Source: Candidatus Babeliales bacterium (GTDB taxonomy: Bacteria > Babelota > Babeliae > Babelales > Vermiphilaceae). Taken from it: DNA of 64,000 bases. Positions within the stretch are counted from its first letter, which is position 1, and each line of letters begins with the position of its first letter. The stretch covers positions 320,001 through 384,000 of the forward strand of contig CAVUQO010000003.1 in NCBI GenBank assembly GCA_963743635.1, read 5' to 3'. Shown in pieces: positions 18,457 to 28,672 of the stretch. A program made the translations under genes and the position numbers. Under the pieces are notes generated by a model. It ran no database searches. It had not been told where the DNA came from and saw nothing but the letters and a program-made list of their open reading frames with translations.

Positions 18457-19680
18457 TGGTTGCTCAGTTTTTTCTGGGGTTGCTTTTGATTCGGCGATTT
18501 CGTAAACAACTTCATCTGCATCAGTGATGCCATCCGTGATTTCAGTAAAATCTGCATCGCTGATGCCAACGGTAACTACTTTTTCGATAAAGGCATTATT
18601 TTGATAAATCCAGACTGTTTGTGCATCATCTTTGAGCATGAGATCGTGGCGTGCTTTGTAATCAAGCGGTTTATAGCCATAGCCTTCTTCTTCTGCAAGT
18701 TCCTGCAGCGCACGCTTATTTATGGTCAATGCCTTTTTTGGCATGCTCAACGCATTTTCTTTTTCAGCAACGATAATGCGTGCTCCAAACGTCAGGCCAG
18801 GGCGCAATGAGAGATCTTTATTATCGATCATGGCGATCGCATAATGAGGAATTGATTTTTCGATTTTTGGAATAAGATTTAAAAAGGGGTAATCGGCTAA
18901 TTCTAGGGTATGCGAGATCCCGGTGACTTGACTAACGGTGCCGGTAAATTTTTGGCGGGGATACGTATCAACCGTCATGTGTACAGACATATTAGCATCG
19001 ACGATCTCAAGCGCGGCATCATCAAGCACCATATATGCCTTCAAGAGTTCGATATCTCGAGCTATGGTGCACACAATGGTCACCGGAGTGACGCCAAAAT
19101 CATTCGATATTGTTTCTCCTGGAGTAGCACGTATTTCAATAACCATGCCCGATACGGTGGAAGGAATTTGTTTATTGTTGAAGGTCAATTTTGCTTGTTC
19201 ATAGAGAGCTTTTGCTTGCTCCACTTTAGCATATGCATCTTCATAATCACGCTGTGCTTGTTGCATGAGATCGAGAGAAATCTGATTGCGTGCAAAAAGT
19301 GATTCTTGGCGTTTAAAAAACGCCGTCTGATAGGTGAATGCTGCTTGTGCTGCATCTAAATTTGCAAAATTTGCATTAATGTCAGCATCTTCACGGCCAT
19401 CATCAACTTCAACAAGAAGTTGCCCTTTTTTGACCAAATCATTCTCTTTGAAATGCACAGAGCGAATAATACCATTGACGATGTTACCAATTCTCACAAT
19501 TTCTTGGGGCATCAATATCCCTTTAGTGTTGACCACTGACATGAGGTCTCGATGTTGAGGCTTTTCAGTACTAAAACTGTCGCCTTGTTTTCCCTTAGGG
19601 GGGTAATGACGAAAACCTACGGTAAAGATGATAGCACTACTGACAAACAGTAACCACATCGCATATTTTTTTATAATCAT
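18445..19680 (-). CDS. Periplasmic adaptor / membrane-fusion protein (MacA/HlyD-like)
   Basis: N-terminal anchor, lipoyl half-motif (ENDLVKKGQLL), helical hairpin, LRPGLT and VTVGISD motifs. Confidence 0.88.
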   Translation of the reverse strand: MIIKKYAMWLLFVSSAIIFTVGFRHYPPKGKQGDSFSTEKPQHRDLMSVVNTKGILMPQEIVRIGNIVNGIIRSVHFKENDLVKKGQLLVEVDDGREDADINANFANLDAAQAAFTYQTAFFKRQESLFARNQISLDLMQQAQRDYEDAYAKVEQAKALYEQAKLTFNNKQIPSTVSGMVIEIRATPGETISNDFGVTPVTIVCTIARDIELLKAYMVLDDAALEIVDANMSVHMTVDTYPRQKFTGTVSQVTGISHTLELADYPFLNLIPKIEKSIPHYAIAMIDNKDLSLRPGLTFGARIIVAEKENALSMPKKALTINKRALQELAEEEGYGYKPLDYKARHDLMLKDDAQTVWIYQNNAFIEKVVTVGISDADFTEITDGITDADEVVYEIAESKATPEKTEQPSPK

Positions 19681-19700
19681 TTAGGACTCCAGTTCTAGTC

Positions 19701-21050
19701 TTATTCGAATTCGGGTGGATACCCACAAGTAAAGAGTAATTCTCTATGTTTTTTCTCAGTAATAATCGCTTGTGTGTCTAAAGCATACTGTGCGTTTTTC
19801 CAGTCAGTTTCAGCTGCTTTTAATTCTACTTCAGATATTTGACCAACTTCAAAGGCCTGTTTTTGGAACTCGTATACTTCCTGCGCGGTTATATAGCGTG
19901 CTTTTTCAGCTTCCACTTCTTTGAGTAATGCCTGGAGTTGATAATAGGCAGATTTGACATCCCGTTGTATTTGTAACGAAAGATCAAGTTGTTGCATTTT
20001 TAAGGATATTGTTTCGGCTTCAGTGGCACTGGCATCATACGCATTATAAAAGCTATCAAACTGCCATGATGCGGTGATACCAAATTGTAAAGAGATGAGT
20101 GGTGCGGTTTCGCCGAATACTAATATCGTAAATTTATTGCGCTGAGCATCCAAGGTAAAATTAATGGTTGGTGCATACGTATGCAGGAGGAAAGAGGCAT
20201 TTTTTTCTGCACGATCAACGTCCCATGCTAGTCCTGCAAGATCATGACGAAAAAGAAGTGCATTTTCAAGGTACTTATCAAGAGATGCAACGTGAAAATC
20301 AAGCAGTCCATGCTCCATGAGTAATTCAGGGGTTTCATTGCGAGATTCCAGCATGAACGGTATGCTCAAGGCGCGTTCTAAGAAACTGAATGATCCTTTC
20401 AAATCATCTTGATATCGCTTAACGGCAGTTTGCGCAGTTGTAAAATCGGATTGGCTTTGTTGCCATTGTGGTCTTGATAAGAATCCTACTTCGTGTTGGG
20501 TTATTGCGCGCTCAAAAAGAAAGTGCGATGAAGTATCGAGTGCTGTAATACGATTTTTATTGCGCACATTTAAGAGTGCATCAAGAAATGTAGATTCGCT
20601 TTCAAAGCGAATGGCGGTACGATGAAAGTGTTCAGCTTCTTCATTAACGTTTGTGGTTGCTCGTTGTATACGATATTTTTGTAATGGTCCTGCAAAGCTC
20701 CAGATGAGTTGCGATAGATGTATACTCGCATTCCTTTTTGCATATTCCACGCCATATATCGGTTGAGAATTCGTAGATGCGGCAAAACCAGATACGCTAA
20801 TTTGAGGAAATGCCAGTGCTAATTCCTTTTGTTCTAATTCAGTGCTGCGTTTAACTTCAGCGATGTAAGATTGTAAGCTGGGGCGATTTTCATACGTAAG
20901 CGGCGCGAGTTGAGAAAATGCTATACAAGAAAGGGGACGTCTTTCTCCGCCCATCGAAAACACAGCGTGTGGATTACGGTTTGCGTATGCGGATGACGCG
21001 CATGCCGCAATCATGACCCCGTAAAACACATATGGTACTCTCTTGTTCAC
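19701..21050 (-). CDS. TolC-family outer-membrane efflux protein
   Basis: 449 aa with signal peptide, two helical repeats ending in HEVG/FEVG.S..EL; co-oriented with the adaptor gene. Confidence 0.75.
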   Translation of the reverse strand: MNKRVPYVFYGVMIAACASSAYANRNPHAVFSMGGERRPLSCIAFSQLAPLTYENRPSLQSYIAEVKRSTELEQKELALAFPQISVSGFAASTNSQPIYGVEYAKRNASIHLSQLIWSFAGPLQKYRIQRATTNVNEEAEHFHRTAIRFESESTFLDALLNVRNKNRITALDTSSHFLFERAITQHEVGFLSRPQWQQSQSDFTTAQTAVKRYQDDLKGSFSFLERALSIPFMLESRNETPELLMEHGLLDFHVASLDKYLENALLFRHDLAGLAWDVDRAEKNASFLLHTYAPTINFTLDAQRNKFTILVFGETAPLISLQFGITASWQFDSFYNAYDASATEAETISLKMQQLDLSLQIQRDVKSAYYQLQALLKEVEAEKARYITAQEVYEFQKQAFEVGQISEVELKAAETDWKNAQYALDTQAIITEKKHRELLFTCGYPPEFE

Positions 21051-21162
21051 TACAGATCTCCCTTGAATAACTCTTTGTATGAGTGAAGCTATTATTTTTT
21101 GATACGTAAATCAATACTTTGGTTAGCTACTCATGGAGATGGCCTATAGTTAGCATTAAAGT

Positions 21163-21209
21163 GATTCAGACTTATGCATATATGAGGTGTGCATAAGCCT
21201 GAATTTTTT
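21163..21209. terminator. Hairpin terminator downstream of the Cys-rich gene
   Basis: ATTCAGACTTATGCA/TGCATAAGCCTGAAT inverted repeat. Confidence 0.55.
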
Positions 21210-21228
21210 AGATTGGGGCTGTTGCAGC

Positions 21229-21603
21229 TTAGCGGCATGAGTCCTTAAGGCATACATTGCATGCCACGACGCAATCATTGCATGCTTGTATGGATCTCTG
21301 ACAAGCAGCAGCGCATTCTGAACTGCCATCATGACATTCCTTAATACATGCTTCGCATGCTTTGATGCATTCTTGGCATTTTTTTATGCACTCTTTGCAT
21401 GCTTGAATGCAGGACGGCTTCTCGCAATCTCTGAGATGCTCTTGGCATTTAGTAATGCAATCCCTGCATGCTTCTATGCAACTCTTAGACGCAGCCATAT
21501 CGCAACCATTGGGATTACATCTATTGGAAGATTTACTACATTCATCAGCGCACAATTTACATGCCTTAATACAGTGTTGACATGCATCGTTATGGTTAGT
21601 CAT
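21229..21603 (-). CDS. Cys-rich four-helix-bundle protein (DUF326/copper-storage Csp-like)
   Basis: Repeated CxxxCxxCxxxC helical pattern through 124 aa; no signal peptide. Confidence 0.78.
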   Translation of the reverse strand: MTNHNDACQHCIKACKLCADECSKSSNRCNPNGCDMAASKSCIEACRDCITKCQEHLRDCEKPSCIQACKECIKKCQECIKACEACIKECHDGSSECAAACQRSIQACNDCVVACNVCLKDSCR

Positions 21604-21742
21604 AATAGTGCCTTTTTAGTTGGGGATGATTGAAAAATATTTCAAATAATGAGCTCGCGTATTTTATATGCCAACATGCTAGCAGCAACGATGTTCTAAA
21701 GAAAAGAAATTGTAGATAATTAAATGAACGAGTTCACGTTAA

Positions 21743-22582
21743 TTAGGAATTTATGGAGATTTGGTTGATGACGACATACTCCGGAACGGGCGCAGGCGGA
21801 TTGATAGCAACATAGTCAGGAACCGATGGAGATGGACTTGTCACGCCATAGCCCGGAACGGGCGAAGGCAGATAGACCTTTGGCACTTCTATCGCAATAT
21901 CAACCGTATCGGTGCTATCGTATAGATTATAGAGCTTGAGGCGAAAGAGATAAAAGAAAGTATCTTCTGGCAGCATCATCATATTGATATATGATCGATC
22001 ATTTAAAAACATTACTTTGGTAATGGTCTCTCCCGGATCGATAATGATATTCGTTGCGCTGAGACCATAGCGCATAAGGTGCGCATCGGTTGTCTTATAA
22101 TGTTTCGAACGATGCAGCGCAAAGCGATGGGCTTGATACAAAAGGCTACAGAGCGTTGCAGTAGCACTCAGATATTTGGTGGTTACTCCCAAGTGCGGTA
22201 CATATTCATGCATAAAACTCCATCCTGCAATAAAGCCGATCCATCCGGTGATCGCGCATCCATAGGCGGTAATCATTTCAATAGTATAGTGTTGGAAGAT
22301 AACATTTTTAGCAATAGTGTGCGGTGCTACGAGTGAGAGTGGTTCGATGCTATTGCCTGAGATGAGCAATGTTTTTTCGGTATTATTAGTGATTACTAAT
22401 TGGAGTGGGCAGATGTGATATGCATGGAGATTATACAGAAAATATTTGATACTTTCATGAGCCTGCATAATATGCGCAGACACGCCGACATTATCATTGG
22501 TGGTGGTGAAGGTGAGATTGTGCGAGATCTGGGCGCATGAGGATACGTGTGTGAATAGGAGTAGGGTAATCAAGAAATACAT
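21743..22582 (-). CDS. Hypothetical membrane protein, distantly similar to 22617..23207, with Pro-rich repeat tail
   Basis: 279 aa; shares the PL.L.I.N....T...S...I pattern with its neighbour; central TM segments. Confidence 0.65.
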   Translation of the reverse strand: MYFLITLLLFTHVSSCAQISHNLTFTTTNDNVGVSAHIMQAHESIKYFLYNLHAYHICPLQLVITNNTEKTLLISGNSIEPLSLVAPHTIAKNVIFQHYTIEMITAYGCAITGWIGFIAGWSFMHEYVPHLGVTTKYLSATATLCSLLYQAHRFALHRSKHYKTTDAHLMRYGLSATNIIIDPGETITKVMFLNDRSYINMMMLPEDTFFYLFRLKLYNLYDSTDTVDIAIEVPKVYLPSPVPGYGVTSPSPSVPDYVAINPPAPVPEYVVINQISINS

Positions 22583-22616
22583 ACATAATCTTTCTTGTGT
22601 TATAATTCTCCGTTAT

Positions 22617-23207
22617 TTATGCAGCGAGCGGAAATTGTAGCGTATGAGATGGATCATCGGCATCCACCAACGTGATGGTGAATCGCTTCATTTTTGCTTG
22701 AGAGCGGCAGAACACGAGTGCATTATGTTGTATGTCTGGATCAATAATGACTTCATCCTCAAGGCTTTTTTCTGCAATGTCGGTTTCAATTATTTTATTC
22801 GCGTAATGGGATATGGCGCCGTGTGCAAGACCGACTGGCAAGAGCAGTGCGCCCAAGCCTACTGAAGTCCATGGACTTGCTTTATATTGTTTTGCAACAT
22901 CTTTATTTTCGGCAAGCGGTAAACTGATATTCTCTTTGCTCAGTATCCAGGTCGTATCACTGTCATTATCGATTGCAAGATGCAGCGGATGGAGATACGG
23001 TGTTTCTTTACCAAAATAATAGGTTTGTTCCTCATCATCAAAAGATTTTACACTGACCGTGACGCCATCTTTGCTGCGTGAACTATGAGCGCTTGATTGA
23101 TTAAGGGGAGTCAATCTGCGAGAGCGATATTTAAGATTAGAGGTACAGTTTGGCAGCGCCACAAGGCTGAGTATGCTCAATACAGTAAAGAAATATGAAG
23201 ATTTCAT
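22617..23207 (-). CDS. Hypothetical lipoprotein-like protein
   Basis: 196 aa, AAGGA RBS, signal peptide ending ALPNC. Confidence 0.65.
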   Translation of the reverse strand: MKSSYFFTVLSILSLVALPNCTSNLKYRSRRLTPLNQSSAHSSRSKDGVTVSVKSFDDEEQTYYFGKETPYLHPLHLAIDNDSDTTWILSKENISLPLAENKDVAKQYKASPWTSVGLGALLLPVGLAHGAISHYANKIIETDIAEKSLEDEVIIDPDIQHNALVFCRSQAKMKRFTITLVDADDPSHTLQFPLAA

Positions 23208-23405
23208 AATGTTTATCCTTATAGATGCCTGATATGAATTTTTCCTATTATGACTTTTCTTGAGCGGTTGTCAAATCAAGCTTATACTGAAAAAGCTTTT
23301 AGTAATGGGATTTATTCTGTGTTCGCTCAATATTTAAATTTGCCCATGGAGGAAGTTTATGGTACACATCAATACAGTAAATAGTAGAGTAATAAGGTGG
23401 TGAAA

Positions 23406-24725
23406 ATGGATTATATACAAATTTCAGTCGACGCTGCGGGCATTGATGCACAGCAGTTGCGGCAGCGTATTGAAGATGCGCGTCCGGAAATGGAGCGCAT
23501 GCGCACGGCGCGCAAAGGGGGTTATGATTCTTCTTATGCTTCGCTGAATCTTCCGAGTGATACGCGCATGTTACACAATGTGAAAGCAGTAATCGCGCAG
23601 CAGCAGCATAGAAAGCCGGTTATACTCGTAGTGATTGGTATTGGAGGTTCATGTTTGGGTACGATAGCGGTGCAGGAAATGCTCTATGGTCGACGATACA
23701 ATGAACGTAATCCAGCGTTGCGCATCTACTACGTCGATACAGTGGATACCGATCAGCTTTCTGAAATTCTTGAGCTCGTTGAGCAATCGCTTGCGCGTGG
23801 TCAGGAAGTGGTCATCAACGCAATCAGTAAATCGGGCACCACTACTGAAACCATTGTTAACTTTGAATGTTTCTTTGACCTTCTAAAACGGCATCGTCCT
23901 GCAAACTATCAAGAGAGCGTAGTGATTACAACCGATGAAGGATCAAAATTATGGGAATTTGGTACGCAAGAGGGTATTGCCTGCTTGGCGATTCCGGCGC
24001 TTGTTGGGGGCCGATATTCAGTGTTTTCTGCAGTCGGATTATTTCCGCTTGGTTTGATAGGGATTGATATTGATGCGCTCTGCGCTGGCGCTCAGCAGAT
24101 GGTAGAACGCTGTGCTGGTGATTCGTTGGAGCATAATGATGCGGTGCAACGCGCCGCCATATTATATGCGCAGTATCAGCAGGGCAGAATGATTCATGAT
24201 ACCTTTATGTTTTGCGTTGATGGCGAGTCAGTGGGTAAATGGTATCGCCAGCTTGTTGGGGAAAGTATTGGCAAGGCAATGGATCGCAACGGCAATGAGG
24301 TGCACGTTGGTATTACGCCAACCGTTTCTATTGGTAGTACTGATTTACATTCGGTCGGTCAGTTATATTTGGGTGGGCCGCGCGACAAAGTGACCACCTT
24401 TGTTTCAGTTGAAACAAGCCATTCCAATGTAATAGTGCCAAACTATCCATCATTTGAAAAATTGGTTGCAAAGATTCAAGGAAAATCGGTAGTTTCTATA
24501 CTCTCTGCTATTTTAGAAGGTACGAAGGCGGCATATATGCGTGCAGGAATTCCCTTTATGACGATTACCATGCCTCAAAAAAATGCAACTTATCTGGGAC
24601 AATTGATGCAGATGCAGATGTTAGAAATAATGTATTTAGGATATATGTTTAATGTTGATCCGTTTGATCAACCACAAGTTGAGCTCTATAAAAAAGAGAC
24701 GCGAAAGATATTAGCTCATGAATGA
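23406..24725 (+). CDS. pgi: Glucose-6-phosphate isomerase
   Basis: VIGIGGSCLG, ISKSGTTTET, VGGRYSVFS, QLVGESIGK, DLHSVGQ, DPFDQPQVELYK. Confidence 0.95.
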   Translation: MDYIQISVDAAGIDAQQLRQRIEDARPEMERMRTARKGGYDSSYASLNLPSDTRMLHNVKAVIAQQQHRKPVILVVIGIGGSCLGTIAVQEMLYGRRYNERNPALRIYYVDTVDTDQLSEILELVEQSLARGQEVVINAISKSGTTTETIVNFECFFDLLKRHRPANYQESVVITTDEGSKLWEFGTQEGIACLAIPALVGGRYSVFSAVGLFPLGLIGIDIDALCAGAQQMVERCAGDSLEHNDAVQRAAILYAQYQQGRMIHDTFMFCVDGESVGKWYRQLVGESIGKAMDRNGNEVHVGITPTVSIGSTDLHSVGQLYLGGPRDKVTTFVSVETSHSNVIVPNYPSFEKLVAKIQGKSVVSILSAILEGTKAAYMRAGIPFMTITMPQKNATYLGQLMQMQMLEIMYLGYMFNVDPFDQPQVELYKKETRKILAHE

Positions 24726-26112
24726 TGTAACGTTTATTGTATTTGGTGCTTCAGGCGATTTGACCAAACGAAAGTTATTGCCTGCATTGTACGCGCAATT
24801 TGCAAGAGGTACCGGTGAAAAATTTTTGATAGTGGGAGCGGCTATTGATGATCTTTCTCGTGACGATATGCTCAATCATGCAAAACCGTTCATCAAAGAT
24901 CTGGATGAAGAAATTTTTAAAAAATTTAGTGAACATTGCTATTATCAATGGCTTGATTTTGCCGATGCGGATGGCTTCTCTCGTCTCAATATGTATATCA
25001 GTGATCTTGAAAAGAAAAAGGGCCTTCCGGGCAAACGCTTGGTTTACTTTGCAATCGCATCAACCTTTTATTGTAGCGTTACGACGCACTGCGCGCAGTC
25101 AAAGCTTGCTGGAAAGAAAGATGCGCAAGATCCAATTTGGCATAGACTTATTTATGAAAAGCCATTTGGCTATGATGGTTTATCGGCCCATGAAATCAAT
25201 GCCTGCATAGCGCAGCATTTCAATGAAATTCAGATTTATCGCATTGATCATTATCTGACCAAAGAATTGGTGGGCAATATTGCATTGGTTCGTTTTACTA
25301 ACTGCGTATTTGAGCCGTTATGGAATAATCGCTATATCGATAATGTCCAAATCATCGTGAGCGAAGAGGGCGGTATTGAAGATCGAGGTGGTTATTATGA
25401 TAATTACGGTGCGCTCAAAGATATGGTTCAAAATCATATGCTCGAACTTGTTGCATTGCTTGCTATGGAAGCGCCTGAACAATTGAGTGGTGAATATATC
25501 CGGCAAGAGCGAGTGCGGGTATTACAAAAATTGCGCTTTTCAGACATCATTTTCGGACAATATAGAGGATATGTGGATGAACCGGGTGTGCGCCCGGGAT
25601 CTCAAACTGATACGTTTGTAGCACTCCAACTCTATATTGATAATCCGCGTTGGGCAGGGATTCCATTCTATCTTAAAACGGGTAAAAAGTTGGATAAAAC
25701 CGAAACAGTTATTCATATCAAATTCAAACAAGTAGATTGTTTGCTAGCACGTAAATGTCCGAGTGATACTAACTATTTGACAATACGGGTTTCGCCTAAC
25801 CCAGCATTTTCATTAACATTGAATGCAAAAAAGCCAGGCGTGGCAAATGAGGTGGTTCCTGTTAATATGGACTTTTGTCATAGTTGTCTTTTTGGCGAGA
25901 AAATACCCGATTCATATGAAATACTGCTACAAGAAATTGTACGAGGTGAACAAGCTGCATCAGTTCGTTTCGATGAAATAGAATATGCGTGGAAATTTAT
26001 TGATAGTATTGATCAAACAGAGGTACCGCTGTACTTGTATAATCCAGGAGCAACGGGACCAAAAGAGTTAGAAAATTTTGCATATAAACATGGAGTAAGA
26101 TTACGATCATGA
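24718..26112 (+). CDS. zwf: Glucose-6-phosphate 1-dehydrogenase
   Basis: FGASGDL, EKPFG, YRIDHYLTKE, DMVQNH, RWAGIPFYLKTGK. Confidence 0.97.
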   Translation: MNDVTFIVFGASGDLTKRKLLPALYAQFARGTGEKFLIVGAAIDDLSRDDMLNHAKPFIKDLDEEIFKKFSEHCYYQWLDFADADGFSRLNMYISDLEKKKGLPGKRLVYFAIASTFYCSVTTHCAQSKLAGKKDAQDPIWHRLIYEKPFGYDGLSAHEINACIAQHFNEIQIYRIDHYLTKELVGNIALVRFTNCVFEPLWNNRYIDNVQIIVSEEGGIEDRGGYYDNYGALKDMVQNHMLELVALLAMEAPEQLSGEYIRQERVRVLQKLRFSDIIFGQYRGYVDEPGVRPGSQTDTFVALQLYIDNPRWAGIPFYLKTGKKLDKTETVIHIKFKQVDCLLARKCPSDTNYLTIRVSPNPAFSLTLNAKKPGVANEVVPVNMDFCHSCLFGEKIPDSYEILLQEIVRGEQAASVRFDEIEYAWKFIDSIDQTEVPLYLYNPGATGPKELENFAYKHGVRLRS

Positions 26113-27011
26113 ACGTAGGTGTAATTGGCTTAGGTAAAATGGGTAATGCGGTTGCGTATCGTTTGGTACAAGCAGGGCATATCGTGTATGGTTTTGATCC
26201 TTATGATGAAGCAAAATTGGAAGCAGAAAAAGCGGGCGTAATGGTTGCTGCAACGATTCCCGAAGTTGCAAAAGAAGCACGGGTGATATGGTTATTTATA
26301 CCGGCAGGGGAGTTAGTTGATAATGTCATTGCTGAGTTATTACCGCATCTTCATCCGGGCGACATTATTATCGATGGTGGCAATAGTAAATATACCGATT
26401 CAATACGACGCGCTACTGCGTTGAAAACACACGATATTATATTCCTTGATTGTGGTACTTCTGGCGGTGTGCATGGCCGCACCAATGGATTCTGCCTCAT
26501 GTTTGGCGGTGATAGAGCAGCATATACGGCAATTGAGCCGTTGTGTAAGGCTATTGCGGCGCCAGGCGGTTTTGGACACGTCGGCATTTCGGGCACCGGA
26601 CACTATGTAAAAATGGTACATAATGGTATCGAATATGGATTGTTGCAAGCATATGCTGAAGGCTTTCAAATCATGCATGAAGGCACATTCCATGATGAAA
26701 CGTTAAATCTTGAAGAAATAACGCGCATTTGGAGTAATGGCTCAGTGGTGCGATCATTCTTACTTGATTTAGCCCATGGTGTATTTACGAAAGATCAGCA
26801 ATTGAGCACTATTAGTGGTGAGATTAAAGAGGGTGGAACTGGCAAGTGGACGCTTGAAGAAGCGCGTGCGAATAATATTCCGGTCCCCGTTCTTGATGCA
26901 TCATTACGCGTGCGTGCGTGGTCACGCGATACGGGCGGAAATTATGCAACCAAAGTGGTGCAAATGCTTCGACACGCATTTGGCGGTCATCCGATAAAAA
27001 AAATAACGTGA
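26109..27011 (+). CDS. gnd: 6-phosphogluconate dehydrogenase, decarboxylating (short-chain type)
   Basis: GLGKMG, IDGGNS, DCGTSGG, HYVKMVHNGIEYG, LRHAFGGH. Confidence 0.95.
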   Translation: MNVGVIGLGKMGNAVAYRLVQAGHIVYGFDPYDEAKLEAEKAGVMVAATIPEVAKEARVIWLFIPAGELVDNVIAELLPHLHPGDIIIDGGNSKYTDSIRRATALKTHDIIFLDCGTSGGVHGRTNGFCLMFGGDRAAYTAIEPLCKAIAAPGGFGHVGISGTGHYVKMVHNGIEYGLLQAYAEGFQIMHEGTFHDETLNLEEITRIWSNGSVVRSFLLDLAHGVFTKDQQLSTISGEIKEGGTGKWTLEEARANNIPVPVLDASLRVRAWSRDTGGNYATKVVQMLRHAFGGHPIKKIT

Positions 27012-27028
27012 GATTGAGGTTATTCGGA

Positions 27029-27266
27029 TTACTCCGCATCCTTCGCCACATTTTTCACGCACACGAAAGCGTGTGCATGAAAAACACTCAGGACGAACGG
27101 AGGAGTGAGTTTTATTCCTAATTCTGTTATAAGGAAAAATAATAAATCGATACCTACAGTGTGAGGTGTTTTATCTTAAGTATAAAGTTTCCTTCTCTGT
27201 TCGTCCTGAGTGTTCTGAGAGCGAATGTTAATGAGCGCGAGGAATGTGGCGAAGGATGCGGAGTAA
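27029..27266. repeat. Pair of inverted REP-like palindromic units
   Basis: Perfect 24-bp inverted repeat (27029-27052/27243-27266) plus a nested 16-bp inverted repeat (27083-27098/27199-27214). Confidence 0.85.
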
Positions 27267-27331
27267 AATGCCTTACAGTATCTAATAAATTGTTTTTCAA
27301 CCCATTTTGAATTTATGGATAGGTTTGTTGT

Positions 27332-27955
27332 ATGAAAATTATTGATATCAGTTGGCCAATAACGCTTGATATGACCGCATATAAAGATAAGCGCGTCGTA
27401 GCATTCAATTACACAAAAACATTTGAAAAAGATGGTGCGCGTGAATCGGTGATCACGCTCGGTTCACATTCTGGGACGCATGTTGATGCGCCGTCACATT
27501 TTATTGCCGAGGGCGCACCGATTCATGAAGTGCCCATAGAAGCCACCTGCGGGCCATGCGTTGTGCTCGATTGTACGGACGTGACTGAATCGATTACCGA
27601 TGAAGTGTTGCGAGAGCATGACATTGAAGCGGGTGCGATCGTATTACTTAAAACGCGCAATAGTGAATACGCGGTTAATGGATCATTTCAATATGATTTT
27701 GTTTATCTTGCAGGATCGGGCGCGGCGTATCTTGCAATGCGCAAGATAAAAGCAGTTGGTATCGACTATTTGGGTATCGAGCGCCAGCAACCAAATCATG
27801 AAACGCACGAACATCTCATGCTCAATAACATTACGATAATTGAAGGGTTGCGTCTTGCCAACGTCGATCCAGGATCCTATATGCTTTGGTGTTTGCCACT
27901 GCGCATTCAGGGCTTAGAGGCCGCACCAGCGAGAGCAATCCTGCAGGAATTATAA
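27332..27955 (+). CDS. Cyclase-family metal-dependent hydrolase (kynurenine formamidase-like)
   Basis: HSGTHVDAPSHF, VGIDYLGIE, IIEGLRL, APARA motifs. Confidence 0.9.
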   Translation: MKIIDISWPITLDMTAYKDKRVVAFNYTKTFEKDGARESVITLGSHSGTHVDAPSHFIAEGAPIHEVPIEATCGPCVVLDCTDVTESITDEVLREHDIEAGAIVLLKTRNSEYAVNGSFQYDFVYLAGSGAAYLAMRKIKAVGIDYLGIERQQPNHETHEHLMLNNITIIEGLRLANVDPGSYMLWCLPLRIQGLEAAPARAILQEL

Positions 27956-27961
27956 AAATGA

Positions 27962-27991
27962 ACAAAGCCCCAATTTTTTTAGGGGCTTTGT
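27962..27991. terminator. Bidirectional terminator
   Basis: ACAAAGCCCC/GGGGCTTTGT between convergent genes. Confidence 0.65.
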
Positions 27992-28009
27992 AATTTGTTA
28001 CTTCATTAA

Positions 28010-28663
28010 TTAGTGACGAATAACGATACGTCCATTCGAATCACGCGTGATGTTTATGGCGTGACGCGGTGAATAATATCGCTGATCTTCGATCATGAAA
28101 TTAAAACTAGTGGGGTGATAAAGTTCAGTTGCTTGATGTGGCTTGAGATATAACGGAGCACTATCGGGAGTACGTATGTAAATGCCCGTATTGGTTTGAT
28201 TGTTTACAATCCAAAACTCATATCCTGCATCATCAAGATTTCTATTTCTCTCTTGCGACGAATCCGAATCAGAACTATAGCTAACGTTTACGCCCGCATA
28301 GGGATAATCATATCCATAGTAGTACGGCCAACCGTAGTAGCCATAGCCCCACCATGGGTAGCCCCAGCCCCAACCGCCATATCCGCCGTATCCATACGCG
28401 CCGTAACCACGTCCATAACCGCCACGACCATAGCCGCCACGTCCGTAACCACCACGACCACCGCCGTGATAATGTCCGCCATGACCACCACGACCGCCGC
28501 GTCCACCGTGACCGCCACCATGACCACCGCCATGAAAACCGCCGCCACCGTGACCGCCTCCGCCATGTCCACCGCCGCCACCACCACCACGAGTGTTAGT
28601 CGCTAGATTGGATATTAATGCTCCAATCACTACGGTAAAGAGTAATAATTTTTTCAGATTCAC
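28010..28663 (-). CDS. Secreted Gly/His/RGG/Tyr-rich low-complexity protein with C-terminal globular segment
   Basis: Signal peptide followed by GGH, RGG, GGYG and GWGWG tracts. Confidence 0.8.
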   Translation of the reverse strand: MNLKKLLLFTVVIGALISNLATNTRGGGGGGGHGGGGHGGGGFHGGGHGGGHGGRGGRGGHGGHYHGGGRGGYGRGGYGRGGYGRGYGAYGYGGYGGWGWGYPWWGYGYYGWPYYYGYDYPYAGVNVSYSSDSDSSQERNRNLDDAGYEFWIVNNQTNTGIYIRTPDSAPLYLKPHQATELYHPTSFNFMIEDQRYYSPRHAINITRDSNGRIVIRH

Positions 28664-28672
28664 CGTGTACCC

